64,000 nucleotides of DNA, from positions 83,824,001 through 83,888,000 of the forward strand of contig NC_043001.1 in assembly GCF_006345805.1 (NCBI RefSeq), written 5' to 3'. Shown here piece by piece: positions 1 through 12,012 of this stretch. Every line of letters starts with the position of its first letter. Position 1 is the first letter of the stretch. A program made the position numbers and the translations under genes. The notes under the pieces are model-generated. The model worked only from the letters and a program-made list of their open reading frames with translations, made no database searches and was not told the origin of the DNA. Source of the stretch: Octopus sinensis. Lineage: Eukaryota.

Positions 1-65
1 TTCCTTATTATTATTATCATTGCTGTATTTAATAAATCATCAGACATAATGCATTTAATGTATTA

Positions 66-400
66 TTGTATTTAACATATGATCATGAATGTTGGGAAAT
101 AGCCGAAAGAGTACAATCGCAGATACAAGCGGCTGAAATGGAATTCGCCAGATGGCCTCTTGAGGAACGTTATTCGACAGGATGTGTAGCTCGGAGATTA
201 GAGTGTCTCTCTAGGCCGGGTCGCTACTTCTCCGCATTGAAAAGGTAACAGTTCCGGTACTACGGACATGGGATTAGAATGTAACAGAAAAGAAACGCAA
301 TATAGATTCTTCAAGCGGAGCCAACCGGCAGGAGCCTTAGGGGTAAAACAAGAACGAGGTGGTTGAATCACGTTTGGGAACCCAACCAGAAAGCTTCTGA
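66..400 (+). mobile_element. Decayed RTE-clade LINE, C-terminal fragment
   Basis: Translation LTYDHECWEIAERVQSQIQAAEMEF resembles RTE LTYGxExW...IQAxEMxFLRR, followed by degenerate RWFGH and GRPRxRW motifs; contains stops. Confidence 0.6.
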
Positions 401-490
401 TAGAGCCCTAAAGGGAAAGTGCCTGAAGGATGTACCCCTGCGACCATCTCAAAAATAGTTGGCGAAGAAGATACATTGATGGATAAATTA

Positions 491-711
491 TACGAGGGGG
501 TACTGAAAAGTTTTTGATTTTAAGGGTATCGCGAAAAGCCTGGTTAGAGGTCTAGACTTCCGAGTTATTTTACAGGGTTTAGAAAAACTGAAGGACCACC
601 GCAATAAGTGTTATAATCTGAGAGGGGAATATGCCGATTAAAATCATAATTAACTGATCCTCCTGTATTTTCTTTTACCTAAAGCCAGGAAATTTTCAAC
701 ACCCCATCGTA
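491..711 (+). mobile_element. Mariner-derived MITE
   Basis: Imperfect TIRs tacgagggggtactgaaaagtt / aaattttcaacaccccatcgta; internal KCYNLRGEYAD* resembles a mariner C-terminus. Confidence 0.65.
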
Positions 712-1827
712 TATCACGTATTTAAAACATGATTATAAGCATATATCTAACAAACATATTTCGTACATTATTATACAGAGCATTTAATACTCTATCACAC
801 ACTATCAGTACCCGTGGAAATTCCACGGCAAATAGGAAATTCTTTAGATAGTTGTAAGTTTATATAGAGCCATAAAAATCAGTGCTATTTTATAAACTGT
901 ATATTCTGTATCATTTTCATTTAAAACACCTTTCAGTTCTTCTAGCTAAGGCTGTAATTGAAGGAGCGTGACATTTCCGTTCGCTCAGCAGCTCAGAGGT
1001 TCAGTTACAAATCTAAGAGCTTCGCAATGATTACAGGGAATATTCATGTCACCACTGCAGTTTACAGCTTTCTTTTTACGTTCTCATTTTCATATTATAG
1101 TCTGTTTTAAGCACGTTCCCTTATCTTTTGTAAATACTTATTGTATACGCTTTGATTCATATTTTCCCTTCTACACATTGATGCTCCTGTGCTTCTAGTG
1201 ATTCGACTCTCTGCTTCTCTTTACATCATTTCTATACCGTTTCATTCTATTTCTTATTAGCTTACATCATCTGTCATCCATATTTTATATATAAATATCT
1301 ATTTTCAACTGGGCAGATGACAAATACTTGCACTTATGCACATGCGTTACGTGATAGGCGATATAAAAGATCTGGTTCAATTAAGAAAAACATCTACATT
1401 TCTCACTATCCACTCACCCACTGCCACCTCGACCATCATCATCATGATCATTAGTAACAAAGCGCAGTCTAAATTGTTTGCTAAGCATGATTATTTCATT
1501 TCATTTGTTTGTTTTATCTACATTTCTTGCTGTCGGTATAAAGTTCGAATAAATAATTTAAAAAAATAATAACATCCATGGCTATTTTGCTAAGTTATTT
1601 CACTTTCATTGAAAAATTTATCTTTCTATTATAAGTTTATTATTTTTGTTATTATTATTATTATTATTATTATTCCTTCTTCAGGCCAATCATCGATGGA
1701 TTTGTAAATGAGGATAGATAAATAGTTCGACAGATAGAAGATGTAAAAAAACTGAATATTAAAATGTTATTTTCTTGTTAGTCACAATAATAAATGTTTA
1801 GAATTTCTCTCTGCTAAACACACACAC

Positions 1828-1879
<52 letters not shown>

Positions 1880-1959
1880 TTAAACTTCAACAAACTTTTT
1901 AATCGTGTCATTCCCCTCTTCATGTCGTTATCATTTCTCTTCGCTTCTCACTTCCACTA

Positions 1960-2385
1960 ATCACATGACAGCTTAATGTATCGGCCGACAATAATGCCAC
2001 TGCTCTCCTCTCTCTCTCTCTCTATTTTCCTTCTTTAATCTCACCATCAGAACATCACACCTCTGCTAAACATTGTATTTCTAACTCTCTTTCTCTATAT
2101 CACTCCCTTCAACTAACTTCTTAACCTCCCGTTTGCACCGTGAACGGGGATTAATCTTCTCTCTTCGCTCCTTTGCGCCACATGGACTCAGCTCTCTTCC
2201 ACTCTTCATCTAACCTCCTCCCCTCGCTTCTCTCCTCCTCACACCCACCTCTCCTCTCTTGCTCTGACTCCTACTTCTTGTCTTCACTCCTTCTCTCCAC
2301 ACTTACCCAAACTCTAATACATCTGTTTGTTGTCTACACCACCTGTCTTCGTCTTTTGGTTTTTTTTGTGAATTCTCCCCTAATG
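1960..2385 (+). mobile_element. Penelope-like element 3' remnant
   Basis: RERGLIFSLRSFAPHGL resembles the GIY-YIG C-terminal LIFxLxTLxPxGLN motif; the downstream cacctgtcttcgtc motif recurs in other PLE-like ends at about 42700 and 42955. Confidence 0.45.
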
Positions 2386-2599
2386 AAGTTATCACCGATG
2401 CTATTAACGAGACAAATTATCTGGGACATATGCATCCATATGTTTTACGACTACGAAGAGTGTTCATATTTTGGTCTGTGTAAAATGTCGGTGTTACTGA
2501 ATGTGAACGGCAACGAAGGCAAGACCTTCAGACTAATTGCTGTTTAAGGGATGCAAAACGATGAATATGATTGTCGCTTTTGTTAAGGCCAGGGTGAAG

Positions 2600-3105
2600 A
2601 ACCCTCAGCTACTCAGCTCATCTCGTCGGACCTACTTGCACAGATTGAGAGCTAAATTTGACTTGGGAGTACCTGAAGTTCTCAGCAACAGTTGCTTTAA
2701 CATCAGATACAGTGTTGGTCTTGGATGCATCCCAGCAGGTTGTTCTGTTAGAGTTCTCCATTCCCTGGAGGATTGTGTTAAGGGGTTAAATGAGAGGAAG
2801 AGAACGAAATGTTCTGAGCTTGTGAAGTTTTGCTGAAGCAATGGGTGGCAAGCAAGATGTAATTCCATTGAAGTGGAATGCGGAGAGTTTGTAGGTCAGT
2901 CTCTATGTAGAGTTTTCAGCGTGCTGGGCATCACAAGAGCCAGTAGGAGGAAGGCCAAGTTGTGTACGGAGCAGCCGAATTTCTCCAAGCCGAATTTCTA
3001 GTGATTCGACTCTCTGCTTCTCTTTACATCATTTCTATACCGTTTCATTCTATTTCTTATTAGCTTACATCATCTGTCATGATACAGAATGGATCAGGAA
3101 ATGTG
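2600..3105 (+). mobile_element. Hero-type (REL endonuclease) non-LTR retrotransposon relic
   Basis: Reads VVLLEFSIPWEDC..LNERKRTKCSELV..GWQARCNSIEVECGEFVGQSLCR, resembling ELTVPWE..ERK..KY..PIEVGCRGF. Confidence 0.7.
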
Positions 3106-3666
3106 ACACGGCGGAAAAGATTGCTTAGCGGCATCGATGAAGTCAACTTCGCCTTTCATTCTTTTAGGGTCGATAAAATATAGTACCAATCAAGTACTAG
3201 GGTCGATGTAATCGATTAGCCCTTGTCTCCTAAAATTGCTGGCTTTGTGCCAAAATGTGAAGCAATTGTTTAAATTTCTTTTTGCTACCCTCTCTACTGT
3301 TTTTCGGATCGTCTTTTGTTTTTAGTTCTTTTCTCTTCCTTCGTTTCTCTACCATTTTCTCATATGCTTTCCTTTCACTCTCCCGATTTGTCTATTTTCT
3401 TTATCTCGTTTCTCTTCTCTGTTTCCATCCATATTATTCCAATTCTCTCTCCCTACTAATAAATATTTTAATTATAAGTCCTATTTGTTTACATGCCAGT
3501 TTTATTCCTTATACACAAAAACTCATAAAGTGAGTAACTGTAGTTTCTTCTAAAGAAACAGCAGCTGAGCTGAAACACAAAGGTTCATTTGTAAGGAAAC
3601 CTCTAACTCACATTATATTTAACATTAGCTTCCTTATAACTGTGGTTTTCTTAATTTGTATGATCG

Positions 3667-3701
<35 letters not shown>

Positions 3702-3880
3702 GTCTGTCTCCCACACACAGGGCATACTGTTCAGTGAAGGTAAGATCAACAAAAATGTACTTCATCTGGTGAAAGACAAATATCGCTCAATGAACACAGC
3801 ATATACTTTTATGAACTACCATTAGTAGCTGCTAATGGCATGAAACTATTAGTAACTCATACAAATATATACTGTGTTCA

Positions 3881-3915
<35 letters not shown>

Positions 3916-3922
<7 letters not shown>

Positions 3923-4556
3923 TTATCGCCATACTAATATGGCATTCTTATAAAAATAAGAATAAAGCTGACCGCTTATTAGCTCCATGAGGCCATCGCC
4001 TTAAGTTAGCTATTTGATACACAAACTGTATCCATATAACCTTTGAACAAGGGAGGTCAGTCGCTCCACACTACTTGGCCGGCAGCTACAGACGCGTTTC
4101 GGGGTATTGCCCCTTTTCAATGCAGCGTAGCCAAACCAGTAGGTGTCGCTTCCGACAATCTCTGTTCAAAGGTTTTATTTTCCTAGCTTCGGTGGAATAC
4201 ATCCACTGTTTTCAATAATAGAAATATTAAAATTACTAAGTCTCTCTAAAAGAGAACAACGGCAGCGTTCCCGGAAAATATTAGTTATCGCCATACTAAT
4301 ATGGCATTCTTATAAAAATAAGAATGTAGCTGCCGGCCAAGTAGTGTGGAGCGACTGACCTCCCTTGTTCAAAGGTTATATGGATACAGTTTGTGTATCA
4401 AATAGCTAACTTAAGGCGATGGCCTCATGGAGCTAATAAGCGGTCAGCTTTATTCTTATTTTTATAAGAATGCCATATTAGTATGGCGATAACTAATATT
4501 TTCCGGGAACGCTGCCGTTGTTCTCTTTTAGAGAGACTTAGTAATTTTAATATTTC

Positions 4557-4562
<6 letters not shown>
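3916..4562. mobile_element. Head-to-head inverted insertion of a 362-bp hammerhead-bearing repeat (PLE pseudo-LTR or retrozyme-like) in (TA)n
   Basis: 3916-4090 is inverted at 4325-4499 and 4215-4277 at 4500-4562; the 3916-3963 segment recurs directly 362 bp later; both outer ends merge with (TA)n. Confidence 0.8.
4085..4125 (-). ncRNA. Minimal type I hammerhead ribozyme, U3-A8 core variant
   Basis: Minus strand reads GCUGCA-UUGAAAA-GGG caauac CCC-GAAA-CGCG-UC-UGUAGC; stems I and II pair and stem III has a palindromic loop. Confidence 0.7.
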
Positions 4563-4596
<34 letters not shown>

Positions 4597-4597
<1 letters not shown>

Positions 4598-4795
4598 TAC
4601 ATTTCAATATGTGACCGCGTGTGTATCGTTGGCAATTTTCTTTTTCCTTGGACTTTTTCTTTTTTTTCTGTATTTCTGACGAAGAGCTCCGCTCGTAACG
4701 TTAAATCCTCCTTTCTTTCCTTCCTTGAGCATCCAATAACACTATACTTGTTCCACGTCCTCGCGTTTTCTCTTTGTTCATGTTTGGATTATCTG
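4597..4795 (+). mobile_element. Penelope-like pseudo-LTR family 2, hammerhead with GAAA mutated to GTAA
   Basis: Homologous to 16998-17212 and 43117-43215; attt CTGACGA a gagc tcc gctc GTAA cg TT aaat at 4672-4706. Confidence 0.7.
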
Positions 4796-4846
4796 TGTAT
4801 GTGTGTGTGTGTGTGTGTGTATGTGTGTGTATGTGCGTGTGTGTGA

Positions 4847-5385
4847 TTATTCAGTTTAATTCAAGATTTCTTGTCTATAGAGAAAGAGTCGGTTTCTAAT
4901 CTAAGGCTCCTTCATTGGAATTTCAACAACAGGGTATTTTGTATGTACGTACATGTGCAGATTTGTATGTTTTGCTTTATGTATGTATTCTCACGTATGT
5001 AGTTGCATATCTAGACATGCTCATATATATTCTTAAATGATAAACGTTTGGAAAGTTTTACAGATTTTTACAGTTCCAGTGATGGATTGGATCTGTAGTC
5101 TTCGAATCAGCTTTCTCCTACCTGGTTTTGAGAAGCCTAATTTCTCATGACTTTAGGCAATGGGATACATATCCCAGTGCCCCAATAATTACAGGTATAA
5201 ACCTGAACTTGTAATATGTATAGAGTAACTTCAAATTTCTCAATACTCCAGCGTAGGTATTTTCTTTTTCGCTGATCTTCAACTTTATGTTAACATCCTC
5301 TGGGCAGCTAATTTCCACAACTGTATACAGTTTCTCTTCTCGTTTGTAAATTGCTATGTCATGTATATTATGTTTACATTGTATG
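4847..5385 (-). mobile_element. 3' fragment of R4/Dong-type LINE
   Basis: REEKLYTVVEISCPEDVNIKLKISEKENTYAG..FIPVIIGALG plus a 3' UTR homologous to 57000-57565. Confidence 0.85.
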
Positions 5386-5476
5386 TATGTATCTATGTCT
5401 GTATGAAAGACGTTAAAGATATCTCTCCCGATATACACTAACCGTGTAGAGTGCATTTTTACGTTGGTGTATAGAT

Positions 5477-5617
5477 CAGTGCTCTGTCATCTTTTTACAC
5501 TTGTAGTACACTTCTATTCTTTCCAAAACTCGGCGGCACACCTGAACTAAAAATATGACACCTAGCATTGTCTAGTGGAACACCAGTGTGCCGCAGCATA
5601 CCGATTGCAGAGCACTG
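5477..5617. mobile_element. hAT (Charlie-like) MITE
   Basis: TIR cagtgctctg/cagagcactg; 8-bp TSD gtatagat/gtataaat. Confidence 0.7.
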
Positions 5618-5632
5618 GTATAAATAGCACAC

Positions 5633-5688
<56 letters not shown>

Positions 5689-7787
5689 CACACACACACA
5701 CGTGCACGCGTTATAAATATCTAATGTTAATTGTTCTACTTTCCAATTTTGTTGGAGTCGAGTTCTCTCAAGACAGATAATGAGCCATCTTAAGATAGTT
5801 TAATGATTTTATTGCTTGAGTTAAATCTAGTCTACGGTGACATTGCAATTCAACGCTCCGAGCGTTAACGGAGTCACCTAGAAAATTACAGATTACGTAG
5901 TTCAGATCTATTCAGCGTACCTGTTTAATTTTTTCTGTCTTAAACTGGTTTATATAATATTTTATGCTACTTTAATTATACAGTGGGAAGGTGAGTGGCC
6001 TAATAATTAGGGCGTTACACTCGCGATCAAGCAATTATGGTTTCAACTCTCAGGCCTAGAGGTTCGTTATGCTCTCGAGCAAAATAAAAACGAATTGATA
6101 TTGAAAAAGTCGGAAAATACTGCAGGTTCTTATTCGCCAGACAGCGTAGTAAATCCAATTGAGGAATTTAGTTATAAACCAGAAGGGATTACCTTCTCTG
6201 CTTATTTATAAAGATACGAAGAAATCTTCAAAAAAGAATGTAAAAATTGGACGGACGAGGAAAAAGTACGGCTACTTTTAAGAAAGTCACTCCTCCACTG
6301 CTTCTTAAATTATATATCTGTAGCGAATCTTGCATGCATGAAGTGGATTCGATCCACCACAGCCAAATTTAAATTAACACTGCAGCAGAACTTTTCCCAT
6401 GATGAAACAATGGTTTGTCTCTGACAGCAGTTTTACATTTTCTAGATGCCTTTAGCTAGGCCGAAATAATGTTTTCACCACTTGACCCTTTCTAACCTCT
6501 TCTACTTCACCAAAAGCTGGAGTAGAGATAACAAGACCACCAACTAAATCTATTGTTCTCAATGATATGTCTATCCTTCTGGATCTTTATATAAGCAAGC
6601 ACACTCCAAGCAAAAATCAGTTAGTCACTGCAGTGACAACTCAGTGAGAACGAAGTCTGGCTGACCAGCTAGAACATTGGTCAGAGGGAGAAATGAAGAC
6701 CAAGTAAAAACCGTTACATATCCAACGCCAGGATATATAAACGGGGCCCAGCAATAAATGGGAATAGCTGGGAAGTTAAACGTTCAACGGAACTGCCTCC
6801 CATTCTCAATTTTCAATCGCTTAACGGTATAGACCAGAATACCGGACGTTATACGTCGTTGGTCACAATGCGCTTCGTATTGCTTTTAACTTTCGAATAA
6901 CGCCCCACCCTGCTGACAAAGCGCGCAAGGCAACATTCTCCGCTGATCGGAAGGGCTTTTCCGTCACAGGGTTACCCTTTTACAGCCGAGTGGACTGAAA
7001 CAATGCTAAATGAAGTGTTTTGCACCTTCTGTTTCGTGAGTACTTCATTCCAACAGAACAGCTAACGTTAGGTTTTATAACATATGTGCGTGCGTGAGTG
7101 CATGCTTGTATAGTGTCTATACACGTAGGTAAAAACAAACTCTCTACAGTTACAAGCGTATATCGGAGGAGGTTTCTTCAACTTCCTCTCACGTAAGGAA
7201 ATTTGACTGACTGATTGATTGATACATACATACATACATAAATACATACACACATAAATACATACGTATATACATACATACAACCTATATACACACATAC
7301 AGGTATACATACACACAAATACATACATAGATGTATATATGTATACATACATGTATGTATACACACACATACACACACATATGTATGTATGTATATTCAC
7401 TAGTATGTTTATGTGCGTGCTCATGCGACACGCTTTTGCACAGTTTCCGTTTACCATTTCATTCACAAAGCATAGATCACCCCACTGTCATAGCAATGAC
7501 ACCAGAATCCGTTGTGGAGGAGCTAACTTTTTACTTATGTAGCCATACCTGCACCTCTTCCCACAGCCACGCCCCTTTTATTATTCTGTGTTCATTTCAA
7601 GTTGAGATCGGTTTTGTGCTTCAGCCTCTCGGCTTCGATAAATTTGAGATAAAATTCAAGATGTCAAGATGTCAACCAACCAACCAGCCAACTAACGTAC
7701 ACCGTACATCCATCCATGACAGTTGTCTACTCCTTATGCAGAGTCTGACAACCTCTTGCATTTACAGCTCAGATCTATCATGGCATC

Positions 7788-8265
7788 TGATGTGGCTATC
7801 CGGTTTTTATTGCGTCTAATGTGGTTACTCGGTTTCCATGGCGTTTGGTGCGGTTACCCGGTTTCCATGACGTCTGGTGTGGCTACCCAATTTCCATGGC
7901 GTCTGATATAGCTACTTGGTTTCTATGGCGTCAGATGTGGATACACGATTTCCATGGCGTCTGATGTGGCCACCTAGTTTTCATGACGTTTGATGTGGCT
8001 ACCCGGTTTTCATGACGTTTGATGTGGCTACCCGGTTTTTATTGCGTCTGATGTGGCTACTTGGTTTCCTTGGCGTCTGATGTGGCTACCCAGATTCCAT
8101 GGCATCTAATGTGGCTACTCGATTTCCATGGCGTCTGATGTGGTTCTCCGGTTTCCATTGCGTCTGATGTGGTTCCCCGGTTTCCATTGTGTCTGATGTG
8201 GCCACCCGGCTTCCATTGCGCCTGATGTAGCCACCCGGCTTCCATTGCGCCTGATGTGGCTACCC
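7788..8265. repeat. 29-bp minisatellite, about 17 units
   Basis: Consensus tgatgtggctacccggtttccatggcgtc recurs in exact 29-bp register. Confidence 0.95.
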
Positions 8266-8601
8266 ACAGGTTTACTCGTTTGCAGCTGAGTGCACTGGAG
8301 CAAGATGAAAGGAAGTGTTTTTGCCCTAAAAGCAACGCACCGTCTGCGCCTTTACAAATTTTTAAGAGAGACATAATTGATTTCAAAATTTGCCAGCAAG
8401 TTCGGTGAAGGGGGAAAAGTCGACTACATCGACCCCAGTGATCAACTAGTACTTATTTTATCGAATCCCAAAGTCAACCTGGGCGGAATTTGACGGACGA
8501 AGTGCTGCTAAACATTTTGCCCGGCGTAATAACGAGAGACATGATTAACACTGCTATATTACTATATGGCAACACTTTTATTGATACAGGTTATAGGATA
8601 C

Positions 8602-8756
8602 CAGAGGCGGATTGAGCTGTCGGTCAATCGGACACTGCTCAAGGGCCCGGAACTGTGAGGGGCCCGCATTCTACATATTAACTCTACCTTTATATCAGTG
8701 CTACGGGACCCGGTAAACAGTTATGCCGAAGGCCCTTAATACTCAGTCCGCCCTCG
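8602..8756. mobile_element. hAT-type MITE
   Basis: TIR cagaggcggattgag/ctcagtccgccctcg; 8-bp TSD taggatac/tagggtac. Confidence 0.65.
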
Positions 8757-9152
8757 TAGGGTACTGAATCGACTCCACCTCAGTATCTGACTGGTGCATA
8801 TTACATCGAATCCCGTGGTGACGTAGTTCGAGTATGTGCTGTCCCCAAGAACAACCCTTGCATATGCCTCACACCTGCTCCCTATGCAGGCTTATTCAGC
8901 AGACAGGATTTGCTGTCCCTCCACCCCATAAAAGCGTTGTGTCATGTTATGCAACTGCCCTGGAGAAAAAGTGAGTAATACAAAATTTGATATCGACTAG
9001 ATTGGTATTCAGAAATTAAAGGGACATAACTGAAACGCAACCTTTTATCGGTATTCCGCTGCTATTCACAGCTCTGACGGTAGAATGGAATTATAATATT
9101 TTGGTGATGTCTGTATAAGCTGATCCAGTTTGTTGCTTGAACACGATTAGTT

Positions 9153-9607
9153 GGTACTTTTTGGTTATCGCACTCCCATTAAAAAATTGGGTTATCTCCC
9201 CAAGTTTTATGAGAAATATCGGTACTTTTGGTTATCTATCTCTTCTTAAAAAAATGTTTAACCCTAAAAAAATCGGAAAAGCGAAAGTGAAACGATGAAA
9301 CATCCTATTGAATCTGATATTTTTATAACAAATCATAAAAAAAAAACTGAAAAGATTAATAAACATAAAAACTGAAAAAATTAGTCATCTTATTGAATCT
9401 AATAACACTTTCATAACAAACCATACCATGCCTAGTGAGAAGGCAAAACGTCACCAATGTGTTGAAGTACTGAATCAAAAGGATCTAACCCTTTTAATCC
9501 AATCTCTTGTCGCCACATTAACTCAACTTTTTAGAGGGGAGATAACCTGGTTTTTTAATGGTAATTTTTTAATGGGTGGGGGTGGGGGGAGATAACCAAA
9601 AAGTACC
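9153..9607. mobile_element. MITE with GGTAC termini (Merlin-like)
   Basis: TIR ggtactttttggttatc/gataaccaaaaagtacc; degenerate 8-bp TSD gattagtt/gttcagtt. Confidence 0.5.
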
Positions 9608-9957
9608 GTTCAGTTTATTAATTTCTCGTTCCTTGAAAGGGTAAAAGTAAACAGTTTCAATTAGGTTTGAATTCAGGCTGTAGAGATATGCAACTCTATA
9701 GTAGAAATAGGTTCTGACTGACACAGACCATATATTAAAATGGAATTATTTACAATTAATTGTAGTACTTTACTGGTACTTTTAAAAAATTATTTTTTAT
9801 ATAAAATACGGAATAATAAAAAGGGAACTCACTCCGCCCCTTCTGGCGCGATTTGAACTCAGAACTTAAAGGGAGGGAACTATATTCACAAACCAAACAA
9901 TACATCACGTCGACCGCTCTACTAGAGCTGCTACTTACGATACAACACAGCCTTAAT

Positions 9958-9999
<42 letters not shown>

Positions 10000-10659
10000 A
10001 GAGGATGGATGGATGGAGGTAGGGCTATACTGTTAGTTCATTCCCCGGAAGGAAAGGAGGACCAATTAGATCCCTGGCGGGGGATTTCAACTAAGGACGG
10101 GAAGGAAATAATCTCGTCCGGTACTTTTACTTGCAGCTCTTATCTTTCACTTGATTTAGCCACTAAACTGCGGCCATGCTGGAGTTCCTCCTCAAAACGT
10201 TTTAGTTAAACAAGAATATAATATGATTTTTTTAAGCATTGAATGGCTGTATGAGTCCTTCCGAGTAAAGTTGTAATCAAAAGGGCCCAGAAGCAAAACA
10301 ATGGTTGAGGAACATGGTATAGACAAATCGACCAGATTTTTTTTTCTTCTTTTTAAAGTCTAGTATTCATTTTATCGGTATCTTTAGCCAAAATGCTAAG
10401 TTCCTGAAACAATCCCACAACGGTTGTCTAGCGGTAAGAGGGGACAACACACACACACACACACACACACGACGAGCTTCCACACAATTTCCATTTATCA
10501 AATTCATTCAGATGACATTGGTCGGCTCGGGGGCTATAATAGAAGACAATTGCCCAAGGTACCGTACAGTGGGATAGAACGCAAAATCACGTGGTTATAA
10601 GATGCACACAATCTCTATATAATAAATATTTCTTTTAAAAATAAATTTTATAATTTATA

Positions 10660-10809
10660 TAGGCGTACGAGTGGCTGTGTAGTAAGTAGCTTGCTTATCC
10701 AACCACATGGTTCCGGGTTCAGTCCCTCTGCGTGGCACCTTGGGCAAGTGTCTTCTACTATAGCATCGGGCCGACCAAAGCCTTGTGAAAGAACCCCGAA
10801 GTATATATG

Positions 10810-10840
<31 letters not shown>

Positions 10841-11057
10841 TCCCCCAACATCGCTTGACAACCGATGCTGGTGTGTTTAGGTCGCCGTAACTTAGCGGTT
10901 CGGCGAAAGAGACCGATAGAATAAGTACGAGGCCTACAAAGAATAAGTCCTGGAGTCGATTTGCTCGACTAAAGGCGGTGCTCCAGCATGGCCACACTCA
11001 TATAACTGAGTAAAACATATAAACATATAAACAAGTAAAAGAGTAAAAAGAGAGTAA
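10660..11057 (+). mobile_element. SINE family A (tRNA head, internal microsatellite, (gtaaaaga)n tail)
   Basis: A box TGGCTGTGTAG, B box GGTTCAGTCC; about 10 near-identical copies in the window. Confidence 0.9.
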
Positions 11058-11318
11058 GTGTTAGGTACAGAACAACAAAAACAATAACGAAATTCTTAAT
11101 TTGTATTTATTTTTACTGACCCTGAAAGAGTAAAAGATGATGTCAACCCCGTACGGGATTTGGACTAAGAGTAGAAACCACAAGTCATTTTGTCTATATC
11201 ATATTCTTCAACCATTGTTTTACTTCTGGGCACTTTTGATTCCAATTTTAGTTGGAAGGACCCTTACAGCCAGTCAATGTTTACAAAAATCATATATTCT
11301 TATAATGAAATATTACCG

Positions 11319-11681
11319 TTTTACTTGTTTCAGTCATATGACTGTGTCCATGCTGGAGCACCGCCTTTATCGAGCAAATCGACCCCAGCACTTATTCTTT
11401 GTAAGCATAGAACTTATTCTCTCGATGTCTTTTGCCGAATCGCTAAGTTACGGGGACGTAAACACACCAGCATCGGTTGTCAAGCGATGTTGGGGACACA
11501 CACAAACACACATGTATATATATATATATACATATATATGACGGGCTTCTTTCAGTTTCCGTCTACCAAATCCACTCTCAAGGCTTTGGTCGGTTCGAGT
11601 CGATGGTAGAAGACACTTGCCCATGGTGCCACGTAGTGGGACTGAACCCGGAACCATGTGGTTGGTAAGCAAGCTACTTAC
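11319..11681 (-). mobile_element. SINE family A, slightly 5' truncated
   Basis: Homology to the other family A copies. Confidence 0.9.
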
Positions 11682-11706
11682 TGTAAAAAATTGTTAAAGT
11701 ATCAGT

Positions 11707-12012
11707 GAAGGCACGTGGCTTACTGGTTAGGGTATTCGGCTCACGGCCGTAAGGTCATTTGTTCAATTCCCGGCGATGCGTTGTGTCCTTCAGCAAGATA
11801 TTTCATTTCACATTGTTGCGGTCCACTCGGCTGGCAAAAATGAGTAGTACATGTATTTCAAAGAGCCGGTATTGTCACATTCTGTGTCAAGCTGAATCTT
11901 CCTGAGAACTACTTTAAGGGTACACGTGTCTGTGGAGTACTCAACCACTTGCACGTTAATTTCCGTTGACCGGATCAATTGGAACCCTTATCGTCGTAAC
12001 CGACAAAGTACC
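11707..12012 (+). mobile_element. SINE, head C plus tail 2
   Basis: tRNA-like head, gcgttgtgtcctt..gtccactcggctgg core, tail ending gtcgtaaccgac. Confidence 0.8.

Noticed and set aside
7788-8265. CRISPR-like array
   Set aside because: Units are contiguous with no unique spacers, there are no cas genes, and the context is eukaryotic.
7723-8386. Repetitive ORFs on both strands
   Set aside because: Products of the 29-bp minisatellite; the unit length is not a multiple of 3.
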